64,000 nucleotides of DNA from the human T2T-CHM13v2.0 reference genome, Homo sapiens. Under the pieces are notes generated by a model, which saw only the letters and a list, made by a program, of their open reading frames with translations, ran no database searches and was not told the DNA's origin. The DNA lies in assembly GCF_009914755.1 (NCBI RefSeq), contig NC_060931.1; one strand, given 5' to 3'. A program made the translations under genes and the position numbers. Each line of letters starts with the position of its first letter. Positions within the stretch are counted from its first letter, which is position 1. Below are positions 1-12,843 of this stretch, piece by piece.

Positions 1-2540
1 TTTCACTGGCACTCTTTGTGTTTTGGTGTGAATTCGAATTTGAATTTGAAATACTCAAGGGAGTTTCTCAGATGCCCCTCCTTTTCACTTGAGAAGCCTC
101 CTTGACTATTTCTGTTAGTCAGGTCTGCTAGCAAAAAATTTGCTTGTTGTTTTCTGTTTGTTTGTTTGTTTACTAGGAATATCTTAATTTCACCTCTGTT
201 TTTGAAAAATCATTTCCCTGGCTATAGAATTCTTGGTTAGCAGGACTTTTTTGTTTGTTTGTTTGTTTGTTTGTTTGTTTTTTCCAGCACTTTGAATTGC
301 CATCCCACTGCCTCTGGCCTCCATTGTCTCAGATGAGAAGTCTGCTGTTAATTTTCTTGAGGTTCCTTTGCACCCAAGGAGTCATTTTTCTCTTGCTGCT
401 TTCAGGATTTTTCTCTTAATCTCTAGATTTCAACATTTTGGCTGTGATATGCCTGGGTGTGGATCTGTTTGCATTTATCCTACTTGGAGGCTGTTGAACT
501 TCTTGGAAGTAGATTGTTGTCATCCATCAAATTTGGGAAGTTTTCAGCCCTAATTTCTTCAAATATTTTTCTCCTCTCCTTCTATATTTCCATTATGCAA
601 ATGCACATGTTGGTGTGCTTAATGGTGTCCCACGCTTCCCCTTGGCTGTGTTCATTTTTCTTCATTCTTCTTTCTTTTCTTCTGGTTATATAATCTGTAT
701 TGATCTATCTCAAGTTCAGTGATTCTTCTAGCCAAAATCTACTGTTGAGCCCCTCGAGCGGATTTTTTATTTAGGCTATTGTACTTTAAACCCCAGAATT
801 TCCATTTGATTCTTTTTATAATTCATCCTTTTTTATAGTCCCTATTTTACAGCTCATTATCATCATGCCTTTGTTTTATTCTTTCAACATGGCTTCCTTT
901 AGTTCTTTTGTTTGGTTTTGTTTAGTTCTTTCATATTTTCAATAGCTTCTTTTAAGTCTTTGTCTGCTCAGCTCAACATCTTGGCCCCTTTGAAGCAACT
1001 TCTATTGCCTGTTGTTGTTTTTTTTTTTCCTGTGTATGAATCACACTTTTCTGTTTCTTTGCAAATCTTAATATTTATTGAAAATTGAACACTTGAGGTA
1101 ACATGATATTGTAGCAAGTCTGAATCCTCATCTGCCAACCAGGGGCTTATTATCATTGTTGTTATTTGTTTGTTCACCTGTTTTCTTGTTTGGTGATTTG
1201 ACTGAAATAATTCTGTGACATCTATATCTCCTGCAGTATGCATCCTGCTCACACTTGTCCCCTCATTTTTATCTTTAAGCCAGTCCTAAGTGTCACCCCT
1301 CGATTTAACACAATTTAGTGGTCAGCCACTTGTTCTTAAGCCTATGAGGCCTCCCAACCCTTTGCTGATGGATCTATCTGTGGTTGGAAACTGCTCACAG
1401 AGAGTGTATTCATTTATCCCACATTCAGGCACGGACTAGAGGTTCCAATGTCCCTCCCATCACTCCTCAAAGAGTGCAGTCTTAGGCATGCACACAGTCT
1501 AATGGACCGCCAGGGACGATGGTGTTAGCTGGAGTCTCTGCCGCTTCCCATGATAAGCTTCTGGTTGTTCTGCCTCTATTGGCATCACCCCACGTGGATA
1601 CTACCTGATTGCTCTATTGTTTTCAACAATGCCCTGGAGCATTGTTGCTCCATAGCCCACAGTCTGATCCAAACAAAGTAGAATCACTTGGCCAGAAAAG
1701 GTGTTGCTTTGAAGCTTGCTATGACCCTCCCCTGAGCAGAAGCTCTGTGCTATGGAGCAGGAGCTGGGAAGTGGGGGACCTCACTCTTCACCAATCACCC
1801 CACCTGTATCTCACTATGGAGCAAGCGTTTAGGAAAGGCAAGAGCAGTAACTGAGGTACCACCTGGCTGACTCCACCACCCAAGACATATTTTTAGCAGC
1901 ACAGAGCCAAGGAGGATGGGATTCCCAATGTTCACTGGTTGCCAAATACACCCTAAGTAGCTCTTCTACACTAGGATGCTGGAAGACGGGAGCTGCCACA
2001 CTGCTGCTGAACCCACCAGGATAGCTCTTCTGCAGCACAGAGCCTGGGGGAGGAGGAGTGTTGTGTTATCTTCTCTGCCTAGATCTTTCCTATGGAGCAG
2101 TTGCTGGGATGGGGGAAAAGATAATTCCGCCCAGCTGCCTGCTCAGTATAGCTCTTCTGCAGCATGTTGCTGATAGAGACTATTAGGAGAGAAATCTACT
2201 AATAGTGTCTGGCCATTGGATACGCCCATGGAATGGCTCTTCCATTTCAGGGAGCTGGAAAGGTGGAAGCTTTGCACTCAGCCACCAAGGCTTCTGGAAT
2301 AGCTCCTTTGCAGCAGAGCCACGGGGGGATGTGTGCAACCCATGGCTCAGATGCCAAGGCCTTCCACAATGTTTGGCAAATTTCACAGATTTTATTGAAT
2401 AAATGCTTCTCAATTTTTCTATGAACCTTTTGATCAGTCTCCAGAGACTTCAAACGATTGTCTCTGTTTATTTTGATTAGTCTAACAGATGTCTGTCTGG
2501 GGAAGAGGTGTTGCCAAACTCCACACACTGCCATTTGCAA
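1..2540 (-). mobile_element. Old L1 (L1M-type) ORF1 region plus 5' UTR, antisense
   Basis: T-rich antisense ORF1 motifs (gctatagaattcttggtt; attgtctcagatgagaagtctgctgtt). Ends at about 2537 in ctgccattt, the antisense of the YY1-like aaatggcag found at L1 5' ends. No intact ORF. Confidence 0.8.
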
Positions 2541-2585
2541 AGCCCAATTATCTTTTAAGGAGACTTAAATAATAAGAGTAAATCT

Positions 2586-2746
2586 AGAACTCGGTGTGGT
2601 GGCTCATGCCTGTAACCCCAGCAACTCAGGAGGCTGAGCCAGGAGGATCACTAGAAACCAGGAGTTCAAGGCTGCAGTGAGCCATGATTGTACCACTGCA
2701 CTCCAGCCTGAGTAACAGAGTGACATCATGACTCTAAACATAAAAA
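2586..2746 (+). mobile_element. Free right Alu monomer (FRAM-like)
   Basis: Single monomer carrying the right-arm insert (gctgcagtgagccatgattgtaccactgcactccagcctg). TSD aagagtaaatct at 2574-2585 and 2747-2758. Confidence 0.85.
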
Positions 2747-2791
2747 AAGAGTAAATCTTACAGATTTACCCTGTGCTTACCATTTGTGGTG

Positions 2792-2792
<1 letters not shown>

Positions 2793-2828
<36 letters not shown>
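2793..2828. repeat. (TG)18 microsatellite
   Basis: Uninterrupted TG run. Confidence 0.95.
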
Positions 2829-2834
<6 letters not shown>

Positions 2835-3014
2835 AAGGCTTTCTTATTATACAAGTCTGCTGTGGTGATGGATTCCTTCAGCTTTTGCATGTCTGAATAG
2901 TCTTTAGTTCACCTTAAAAAAAAGATATTATTGTTGGGTATAAAATTCGAGACTTACAAGATTCTTCTCTATCAATAGTTTAAAGACACCATTCTCCTGT
3001 CTTCTAGCTTATAT

Positions 3015-3430
3015 TGTTTCCGGTGGGAGATCTGCCATCACCCTCACATCACTGTCCTGGTGGGAGATCTGCCGTCACCCTCGCATTGCTGTCCCGGTGG
3101 GAGATCTGCCGTCACCCTCCCGTTGCTGTCTCAGTGGGAGATCTGCCATCACCCTCCCGTTGCTGTCTCAGTGGGAGATCTGCCGTCACCCTCCCGTTGC
3201 TGTCTCGGTGGGAGATCTGCCGTCACCCTCACATTGCTGTCCTGGTGGGAGATCTGCCATCACCCTCACATTGCTGTCTCGGTGGGAGAACTGCCATCAC
3301 CCTCACATTGCTGTCTCGGTGGGAGATCTGCCGTCATCCTCACATTGCTGTCTCGGTGGGAGATCTGCCGTCATCCTCACATTGCTGTCTCGGTGGGAGA
3401 TCTGCCATCACCCTCACATTTGCTGTCTCT
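3015..3430. repeat. 37-bp minisatellite, about 11 copies
   Basis: Unit ttgctgtctcggtgggagatctgccgtcaccctcaca; gtgggaga recurs every 37 bp from 3023 to 3393. Confidence 0.95.
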
Positions 3431-4769
3431 GCACATGGAGCATCACTGCTTTCTCTCCAGCTGCTTTTAAGATTTTCTATTTATTACTAGTTTTGAGCAA
3501 TTTATAATGTAGTTTGGTGTGCTTTTCTTTGTGTTTCTTGCACTTATATGTTATTGCGTTCTTGGATCTGTGGATTTCTATCTTTTATCAAATTTGGAAA
3601 CTTTTCAGTCATTATTTTTTCTAATATTTTTTGTCCCCTTCTCCCCATCTATCCATTCTTTCAGGAACTCCACTTACACTTCTATTAAGCCACATGTATT
3701 ATGTATTGTCCCAAAGCTCACTGATGCTTTGTTCATGCTTAAACTTTTTTCTCTGTGTGTTTGATTTTGGATAGTTTCTATTGATACGTCTTCAAGTTTG
3801 CTAATCTTTTTTTCAATAATATCTAATCTGCCTTTTTTCACTCCAGTGAATTTTTCATCCCATTGTGTTTTTTTCATCTCTAAAAGTTTGGTTTGATTGT
3901 TTTTCCTATACTTTCTATACCTCTATCTAACTTTGCACATGCAGAATAACATGCTAATAACAATTCTAATGTCTTTGTCTGCTAATCGTAACAGCCATGT
4001 CAGCTCTGAGTCAGTTTCAATTGATTGATTTTTCTCCTTTCAAGAGTCAGACTTTCCTGCATCTTTATATGGCTGTTATTTTTGTTGGGTGCCACACATT
4101 GTAAAATTTGCTTTGTTGGTAACATGGTCCACACTTGAGGCTAGACCTTCTGAATAATCTCCCCCATTCCATGAATCCTGAGATGTTCCAGTTTGGCAGA
4201 TAAAAACAGCCTCAATTCCTGACTCTGTGTGTGCTACATACTGTTCCCTCTAATAATTTCAGGTAGGTTTTCTTCCCCTTGCCTTGAACACCCAAGCACC
4301 AATCCATCCTCTCTTAAATATTTAAGGACCATACACAATTTTATGGAGTTTCCTTTCATGCAATTATGTGTCCTAAGAACTCAGCCACTGTGGTCTCCCC
4401 ACACTCTCTGCTGTATCTCCTCCACACAGGGGGTCTGCTGGGCTCCATCTCATTTCCCGCTCCCTACCTCACAGCCCAGAAAGTGTCCCCAGGCAGTGAC
4501 TATAGAAGATGAGGATTCTTCAGGGCTTGTCTCATTGCTTCCCTTCTCTCTGGGATCACCACCCTTCACTTTCTGGTGCCCAGTTTCTTGAAGACCATGA
4601 TTTCATATATTTTGTCTGTTTTTAGGTTGTTTCTGGTAGGAGGGTAAATCTGGTCCTCTTGTCAATGCATCTTGGTGACACAAGTTCTCACATATAGATT
4701 TAGTTGTGTAGAAGAAATATGGTTGCTCTAGTTTTCTGTAACTCAATGATCTCAGGGCCAAGGGTTACA

Positions 4770-4845
4770 CCTATTCTATTTCCTCCCATCTTCCCAGCAC
4801 CTAGAGCAGTACTTGCTACATAGTAGGTGCTCAGTAAATGATCAA
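4770..4845 (+). mobile_element. L2 3'-end fragment
   Basis: cccagcacctagagcagtacttgctacatagtaggtgctcagtaaatg matches the L2 3' terminus. Confidence 0.7.
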
Positions 4846-6585
4846 CCCACTGTGTGACTGAGAGTTTTCTCCCTCATTTAATTTCCCTCCTTTTCTCCTG
4901 TTATACGTGTGTAATGGAACGGCCCTCAGGGTGTTGGGACCCTGGCCAGGGGTAACAGACAGAGGTGTTGGGGCCCTGGCCAGGGCGAGCAGATAGGACA
5001 GGGGAGATAGAAGCAGTGAGATAAGCTCACCCACTGCCAGGGCTGTGGGTACAGATCAGGCAACGGCTGTGAGGACATGGGGAGGGGGGTATGGAGGAAG
5101 AGGATAAACCCCACCCAGGTGTATTAGGGGAGGGGGCTTCTCAAGGGAGTCCAGGCCTGTGAGAAGGAGGCAGAGGACTTAGCCAGGGGCAAAGGAAGAG
5201 AAAAGACAGCAGACCCATCAGCACATGGCCCCCACGAGAAGCCATCAGGTGAGCCAATGATTCCATATGCTCCAGCCTCATGTGAATGATGACATTTAAC
5301 AGCATGGACATGGTATGCTCTGCTGTGTTTTTGTGTTTCTTGACATGCAGCTTACATGAAGTGCACAAATCTCAAGTGTGCAGCTCAGGGTGGGACCCAA
5401 CGTGGCACTGAGGGGCCATAGGGGTGGGAGATGAGGGGCTTCTGCTCCCAGGGCCAGGGTGGGACACCCGTCTCGAAGGAGCAGGAAACAGATGGGCTGA
5501 CCACAGTGGCATCAGCCCCTGGAGCAGGCACCCAGCGTCTGCAAAGAAGGGGTGGAGGATCCGGAAGTGAGGTCAACCTAGAACCCCCTGTCACAGCCCC
5601 ACCCAGGCCCAGCAAGACCACCTCCAGCCCAGCCACACTCCAAGTGCCCCCATCAGCACAGTGAGGACAGCAAGTCCAAGGCCGGGCACACACACAAAAA
5701 AAAGCCGAGGGGAGCAGGGCTGGGCGGGCCCCTGGGGATCCTCCCTCTCCTGGGCTCAGCAGAAAGCATGGGCATGAGGCTTCCGTCCACACTCCACTCA
5801 CCCCAGCCTGACCCTCCTGCCAGGGATACAGAGAACTCTGGCCAAGTCCAAGCCAAGGGCTCATGCCTGGGGTGAAGGAGGGTGGGTCAGAGACTCTTTG
5901 CCAAAAAAACCCCACAGAATGAGCAAAGCAATGTTGGGGGGCAGTGGTGGCCTCCCCAAGATGTGTGCAAGGCAGGCAGGTGCATTCTGCCACCTCAGTG
6001 GCCAGGAGCAAGTCTCACAGCCTCTCTGGGCCTCAATTTCCCTCTCTGTAGAGGACGATGGTGAGACAGTTCCATCCACAGGTGCGTGGGAAGGGCAGGC
6101 CTGCAGGATGGACAAGGGTGGGCGAGGTTATGGGCCTCACTCTCTGAATCCTGGAACACCATCCTTGGGGTCCCGTGCACACTCTCTCCCACCGAGGGAC
6201 TTAGAAATGTTGACAAGGGAATGTCTGAGCAGTTTAAAGGGGACAGCAGTGGCCGGCAGGGATGGGGGTGGGGAGGGGTGGGGAGGCCCAGCAACGTTGA
6301 AGACGTCACAGTGCCACTGGAGGAAGCGGGTCCTCACACCTGCAGAGGAGACAGATACCGTGAGCTTTCGAGGATGCCAGTTCCCTGTGATGCCGGCCTC
6401 AGGGCCACACTGTGCTGGGTGGCTCAGGAAAAAGGCCTCAGGGAGCACAGAATGCACCGTGCAATGGTTCCTTAAAAAGGTCAATAGGCCTCGGCCCCAG
6501 CCCATCGATCTCACTCCTGGATATCTGACCGAGACAAACGAAGACAGCCACAAAAACAGCCACAGGAGAATGTTTATAGGAGCTT

Positions 6586-7041
6586 TCAGGTAGGAGGTGG
6601 GCCTCAGACACTGGACCAGATGGAGGACTAACTAAAACAGGGCCAGAGGAGAAGCAGCTTTCCACAGAAACCTCCACCAACGTGCCACATCAATTTACCA
6701 TTGCGATGGCAACACCTGGGAGTCACCGTGCTTTTCCATGGCAATGACCCAGTGAGCCAAAAGTTCCTACCCCTTCCCTAGAAAGGTCTGCATAAACGGC
6801 CTTTTCATCTGGGTGACATTAAATGTGGATATAAACATGGCTGCAAAACTGCCCTGAGCTGCTACTCTCTACTTGCGGGGTACCCCTGCTCTGCAGAAGC
6901 AGCCGCGGAGCTCTAACACTGCCGCTTCCATAAAGCTGTTTTATTCTCCCTACCACCAGCTGACCCTTGAATTCTTTCCTAGGTGGAGCCAAGAACCCTC
7001 ACAGGCTAAGCCCCACATTGGGGTTCACCCGTCCTGCATCA
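6586..7041 (+). mobile_element. Solo ERV1 LTR, MER66-like
   Basis: Starts tcaggtaggaggtggg and ends cctgcatca; contains ttgaattctttcctaggtggagccaagaaccc. 4-bp TSD gctt at 6582-6585 and 7042-7045. Confidence 0.8.
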
Positions 7042-7086
7042 GCTTCGCTTACGGGAGCCAAAGCCAGGAAAAAACACACGTCTGAC

Positions 7087-9289
7087 AACAGGAGAACACG
7101 TTCATACACCAGATGAGCACAGGAGAAATCACCCGACAAGAGCACGCGTTCATACACTAGATGAGCACAGGAAAAATTACCCAACAGGAGAACGTGTTCA
7201 TACACTAGATGAGCACAGGAGAAATTACCTGACAGGAGAATGAGTTCATATACTAGATGAGCACAGGAGAAATTACCCAACAGGAGAACCCATTCATACA
7301 CTAGATGAGCACAGGATGAAATTACCCAACAGGAGAACGCGTTCATACACTAGATGAGCACAGGGTGAAATTACCCAACCGGAGAACCCGTTCATACACT
7401 AGATGAGCACAGGATGAAATTACCCAACAGGAGAACCCGTTCATACACTAGATGAGCACAGGATGAAATTACCCAACAGGAGAACGAGTCCATACACTAG
7501 ATGAGCACAGGGTGAAATTACCCAACAGGAGAACGCGTTCATACACTAGATGAGCACAGGAGAAATTACCCAACAGGAGAATGCATTCATACACTAGATG
7601 AGCACAGGGTGAAATTACCCGACAGAAGAACGAGTTCATACACTAGATGAGCACAGGGTGAAATTACCCGACAGGAGAACGCGTTCATACACTAGATGAC
7701 CACAGGAGAAATTACCCGAGAGGAGAACGTGTTCATACACTAGATGAGCACAGGAGAAATTACCCAACAGGAGAACGAGTTCATACACTAGATGAGCACA
7801 GGGTGAAATTACCCGACAGGAGAACGCGTTCATACACTAGATGAGCACAGGAGAAATTACCCAACAGGAGAACGTGTTCATACACTAGATGAGCACAGGA
7901 GAAATTACCCAACAGGAGAACGCGTTCATACACTAGATGAGCACAGGAGAAATTACCCAACAGGAGAACGAGTTCATACACTAGATGAGCACAGGGTGAA
8001 ATTACCCGACAGGAGAACACGTTCATACACTAGATGAGCACAGGAGAAATTACCCAACAGGAGAACAAGTTCATACACTAGATGAGCACAGGGTGAAATT
8101 ACCCGACAGGAGAACGCGTTCATACACTAGATGAGCACAGGAGAAATTACCCAACAGGAGAACGCGTTCATACACTAGATGAGCACAGGAGAAATTACCC
8201 AACAGGAGAACGCGTTCATACACTAGATGAGCACAGGAGAAATTACCCAACAGGAGAACGAGTTCATACACTAGATGAGCACAGGGTGAAATTACCCGAC
8301 AGGAGAACGCGTTCATACACTAGATGAGCACAGGGTGAAATTACCCAACAGGAGAAGGCGTTCATACACTAGATGAGCACAGGAGAAATTACCCAACAGG
8401 AGAACGCGTTCATACACTAGATGAGCACAGGAGAAATTACCCAACAGGAGAACGAGTTCATACACTAGATGAGCACAGGGTGAAATTACCCGACAGGAGA
8501 ACGAGTTCATACACTAGATGAGCACAGGAGAAATTACCCAACAGGAGAAAGCGTTCATACACTAGATGAGCCCAGGGTGAAATTACCCGACAGGAGAACG
8601 AGTTCATACACTAGATGAGCACAGGAGAAATTACCCAACAGGAGAACGAGTTCATACACTAGATGAGCACAGGAGAAATTACCCAACAGGAGAACCCGTT
8701 CATACACTAGATGAGCACAGGAGAAATTACCCAACAGGAGAACGCGTTCATACACTAGATGAGCACAGGGTGAAATTACCCAACAGGAGAACGAGTTCAT
8801 ACACTAGATGAGCACAGGAGAAATTACCCGACAGGAGAACGCGTTCATACACTAGATGAGCACAGGAGAAATTACCCGACAGGAGAACGAGTTCATACAC
8901 TAGATGAGCACAGGGTGAAATTACCCAACAGGAGAACCCGTTCATACACTAGATGAGCACAGGGTGAAATTACCCAACAGGAGAACGAGTTCATACACTA
9001 GATGAGCATAGGGTGAAATTACCCGACAGGAGAACGAGTTCATACACTAGATGAGCACAGGTGAAATTACCCAACAGGAGAACATGTTCATACACTAGAT
9101 GAGCACAGGGTGAAATTACCCGACAGGAGAACGCGTTCATACACTAGATGAGCACAGGAGAAATTACCCAACAGGAGAACGCGTTCATACACTAGATGAG
9201 CACAGGAGAAATTACCCAACAGGAGAACGAGTTCATACACTAGATGAGCACAGGAGAAATTACCCAACAGAAGAACAAGTTCATACACA
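7087..9289. repeat. 48/49-bp minisatellite, about 45 copies (2.2 kb)
   Basis: Unit caacaggagaacgcgttcatacactagatgagcacaggagaaattacc; the 49-bp variant has cagggtgaaatt or caggatgaaatt. Confidence 0.97.
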
Positions 9290-10859
9290 GGATGGAGCGC
9301 AGGATGGAATCACCACTCAGCGAGAGAAGGAAGCCAGCCACGACACATCAACAATGAGTCCCAGAAGCAGCACCCTGCGTGAAGAGCCAGGCGCACAGAC
9401 ATGAAATCCTAGCACAAGCAAAACCGGCCAAGCTAAAACTCAGCTCAGTGTTGCTTTGGGAGGGCCGGTGCCGGGGACAGGTCGCCGGGAACCTCTGGGG
9501 GACATACATGTTCTGCCTCAGTAGGCTTATGTTGAAACCAGCTGAACGGTACAGCTAAGATCTGAACTCTCTGCTGCATCCAAATTCCACTTCCAGAAAA
9601 GACTGCCAAGGAAATGAATGAAATCAAAAATCAAAAGCCTCACAAAAGTAATCAATGGGTAGAAGTGGGGATGACAGCCACCCTGAGTCAGGGAAGGGGC
9701 AGGCGGGCTCTGGGTGCTGGCTGTGTTCTGTTTCCCGGCGTGGTGCTCCCTCCTTGGACAGGCTCACTTTGTAGTGAAAGGATTGTGCTGTGCATCTGAG
9801 ATGTGTGTGGTTTTCCACACGCGTGCGATATGTGGATATTCAAAACCACAGAATTTAAAAGTAGGTTCTGCCTAGACTGGGAGCCACGTATGTCCAGGGT
9901 GGAGGCCACACAGCCCCCTGGCCCACAGCACCCTCCTGGCCGTGGCCATGCCCCTTCACCACCCCAGGACCACACTATTGACCTGAGTGCAGCTCCCTGA
10001 GCGGTGACGGGGGAGTCCACCTGCTGAGGGAAGTGAGGGGAGTCTGTGGGACGCCCAGCTCTCCAAGGCATGGCAGGAGCTCCGGACTTGCTTTCGCTTC
10101 CCGCCTCTCAGGCCCTGGGCCTGAACCCCCACACCCCCCATGGAGGGGCTGTTCCCCTCTGAGGCCGAGCCTGGCCCCCCCAGAGCATCTGTCTCTGAGT
10201 CTGTGCCTGTCCCTCTGCGAAGGTGAAGTCCAGACAGCTTTGAAGCCCCCATGCTCCCATCCTCGGGGTGGCCCGGGACCAAAGACGAGGCAGGAGCCAG
10301 CTGTCAGAGTCTCTGGAACCCAGCAGGAGAGGGTAAGGGCTGGACTACCAGCTGGTGTTTTGAAAGAATGAAGACCTGCAGCTCCAGGGGGAGGGCCTGG
10401 CCTGGCCAGCCGCCGAGCCTCCACCCCCTCACCAGAAACCCCTTGGGCTGCGGGCCACCGCCTGACTCTCCCTCCCTCCTCCAGACCACCCTGGTACTCA
10501 CTCAACCTGCCTTCGCCAACAGCTGGGGGCGGGGAATCTTTTGCATGACCGGCCCTGGGCCTGACTCCTCTGGTGCAGGAAGAACCAGATCCAGCAAGGG
10601 GGTCCTCCCATCCCTGGTGGGGCCAAACCTTCTCCAACAAGCCCTCAGACAGAGCAGTGTACGGAGGCTTCCTTTGAATGTCGAGGTTTTCCAAAGATCA
10701 AAACAGAAAGCAAGGTATTTTGGAAACACCTCATGTGCCAACTAATTAAGTGTCTGGCTGTTAGCAAGCCCCTCACAGAGGAGGGAAGAGCCAGCCGGAT
10801 CCTCAGCCACCCTCCATAGAAGTCAGATAAGGAGAGAGTTTCTCATCAGAAAAGTACAG

Positions 10860-11950
10860 GCAAGAAAACCAAAAATAGACAAATGGAATTGCATCAAACC
10901 TAGGAGTCTCTGCACAGCGACGGAAGCAATCAACAGAGTGAAAAGGGAAACCCACAGAGTGGGAGAAAATATTTGCAAACCGTCTATCTGATAAGGGGTT
11001 AATCTCCAGAATAAATAAAGAACTCTTACAACTCAGCAACACCAACAAAACCAAACAACACGATTTAAAAAATGGGCCAAGGACTTGGGTAGACATTTCT
11101 CCAAAGAAGACAGACAAATGGCCACCAACATCTGAAAAGATGTTCAACACCTCTCATCAGTGGGGAAATGAAAATCAAAACCACAGTTAGATATTGAGAG
11201 CTCCATAGATAAGATTTCCACATGATCCAGGAATTGCACTGTTGGGGACACACCCAACAGAATCGAAGGCAGGATCTTGGAGAGATGGTTGGACACCCCT
11301 GATCTTGGAGAGACGGTTGGACAGCCCTAATCTTGGAGAGACAGTCGGACAGCCCTGATCTTGGAGAGACAGTCGGACAGCCCTGATCTTGGAGAGACGG
11401 TAGGACAGCCCTGATCTTGGAGAGACGGTCAGACAACGCTGATCTTGGAGAGATGGTCAGACAACCCTGATCTTGGAGAGATGGTCGGACACCCCTGTTC
11501 ACAGCTGCATGATTCACAATGTAACCCCAGAGTCCATCAAGGCATGAGTGGGGAAGTGCAATGTGGTCCGTCCACATGGTGGGAAAATTTTCAGCCTTAA
11601 ACAGGAAGGAAGTTCCAACCCCTGCTACAGCCTGGAGGGGCCTTGAGGACGTCATACTCAGTGAAATAAGCCAGACTCTGAAGGACAAATACCGTCTAAT
11701 TCCACTTATATCAGGTAGTAGAGAAATTCACATAATAGAGACAGAGAGTGGAATGGTGGGTGCCAGAGGCTGGGGTGAGAGGAATGGGGAGTCCATGTTT
11801 AATGGGGACAGAGTTCAGTTTTGGAAGGTGAGAAAGTTCTCAAAATCTGTTGCATAATCATGTCGACATATTTAACACTACTCACCCATATGCTTAAAAT
11901 GGCTAAGGTAGTAAATTGTATGATATGTGTTTTTACCACAAAAATAAAGA
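10860..11950 (+). mobile_element. L1MB-type 3' fragment (ORF2 end and 3' UTR)
   Basis: aaaatagacaaatggaattgcatcaaac...gggagaaaatatttgcaaacc...tttaatggggacagagttcagtttt...ttttaccacaaaaataaa. Confidence 0.85.
11273..11496. repeat. 28-bp minisatellite, 8 copies, inside the L1MB
   Basis: Unit gatcttggagagacggtcggacagccct; period 28 from 11273 to 11469. Confidence 0.95.
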
Positions 11951-12412
11951 GAGGGAGACACAGAGAGAGAAATAGAGAGATTCTCCTCCCACATCCTGAA
12001 ACCTGAATTTTCACAAAGGGTCCTGACCATCACAAGAATAAGGCTGTACACTCGTGGTGCCCGCAGCCACCCTACTGACTTGGATGGCTGCAGAGTGGGC
12101 ACAAGATTGGGGGGTTGGGGGATACCGCATCAGGACCGCTCCCCACACCCAAGGCTGTGGCTGCCCCTCCCTGAGCTTCTTCATCTCTCCTCAAAAACCT
12201 GACAACTGCACCCTCTGCTTCACGGAGGGCAACCAGTAAGGGCTAATGAGACGGGGACTCACTGTATGAACCGAGGGTGGCAGCTGAGGCAACTGTGGTC
12301 AGAGAGAAGAAACGTCCTGACCCCAGTGGCCCAGGGCTTGTTACCAACAGAACCACAGCTGGAGCTCAAGCCTCCTTCCTCCCTGCTAACAGGTCTCAAA
12401 AAAACTGCCAAA

Positions 12413-12843
12413 CATTCATCCATCCACCCACCCATCCATCCACCATCCACCCACCCGTCTATGCACCCACCCAGTCATCCATCTATCCATTCATCCACCC
12501 ATCTATCCACAACCCATCCATCCACCCATCTATCCACCCACCCACCCATCCATCCATCTATCCACCTACCCATCCATCCATCTATCTATCCACCCACCCA
12601 CCCATCCATCTATCCATTCATCCATCCATCTATCCACAACCCATCCATCCATCCATCTATCCACCCACCCACCTATCCATCCATCTATCCACCCATCCAC
12701 CCATCCATCTATCCATTCATCCATCCATCTAACCACAACCCATTCATCCACCATCCACCCACCATCCACCATCCATCCATCTGTCTATCCACCTATCCAC
12801 CCATCCATCTATCCATTCACCCATCCATCCACCCACCCATTCA
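12413..12843. repeat. Complex (TCCA)n/(CCCA)n microsatellite
   Basis: Degenerate ccat/ccac/ctat run; source of the HPSI-rich ORFs. Confidence 0.95.

Larger units (their letters stand above)
2760..4690 (-). mobile_element. Second old L1 (L1ME-type) ORF1 plus 5' end, antisense
   Basis: Antisense ORF1 motifs (ttcagcttttgcatgtctgaa; ctgcttttaagattttct; atcaaatttggaaacttttcagtcattatt) paralogous to 180-600. L1ME-like 5' end ggagggtaaatctggtcc at about 4640. Confidence 0.75.
6440..9860 (+). mobile_element. Degenerate L1ME-like ORF2 end/3' UTR, interrupted by an LTR and a VNTR
   Basis: cactcctggatatctgaccgaga...gaatgtttataggagctt resumes after the LTR as cgcttacgggagccaaagccaggaaaa, and after the VNTR as atggaatcaccactcagcgagagaaggaa...atgaaatcctagcacaagcaaaacc. 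This is collinear with the old L1 3' consensus. Outer boundaries are approximate. Confidence 0.6.

Noticed and set aside
6999-9288. LLGNFSCAHLVYERV repeat-protein ORFs
   Set aside because: Translation of the 48-mer; the frame is broken by every 49-bp unit.
7087-9289. CRISPR-like regular array
   Set aside because: Units are head-to-tail with only 1-3 variable bases and no unique spacers; there are no cas genes and the context is primate. The same applies to the 32-, 37- and 77-bp arrays.
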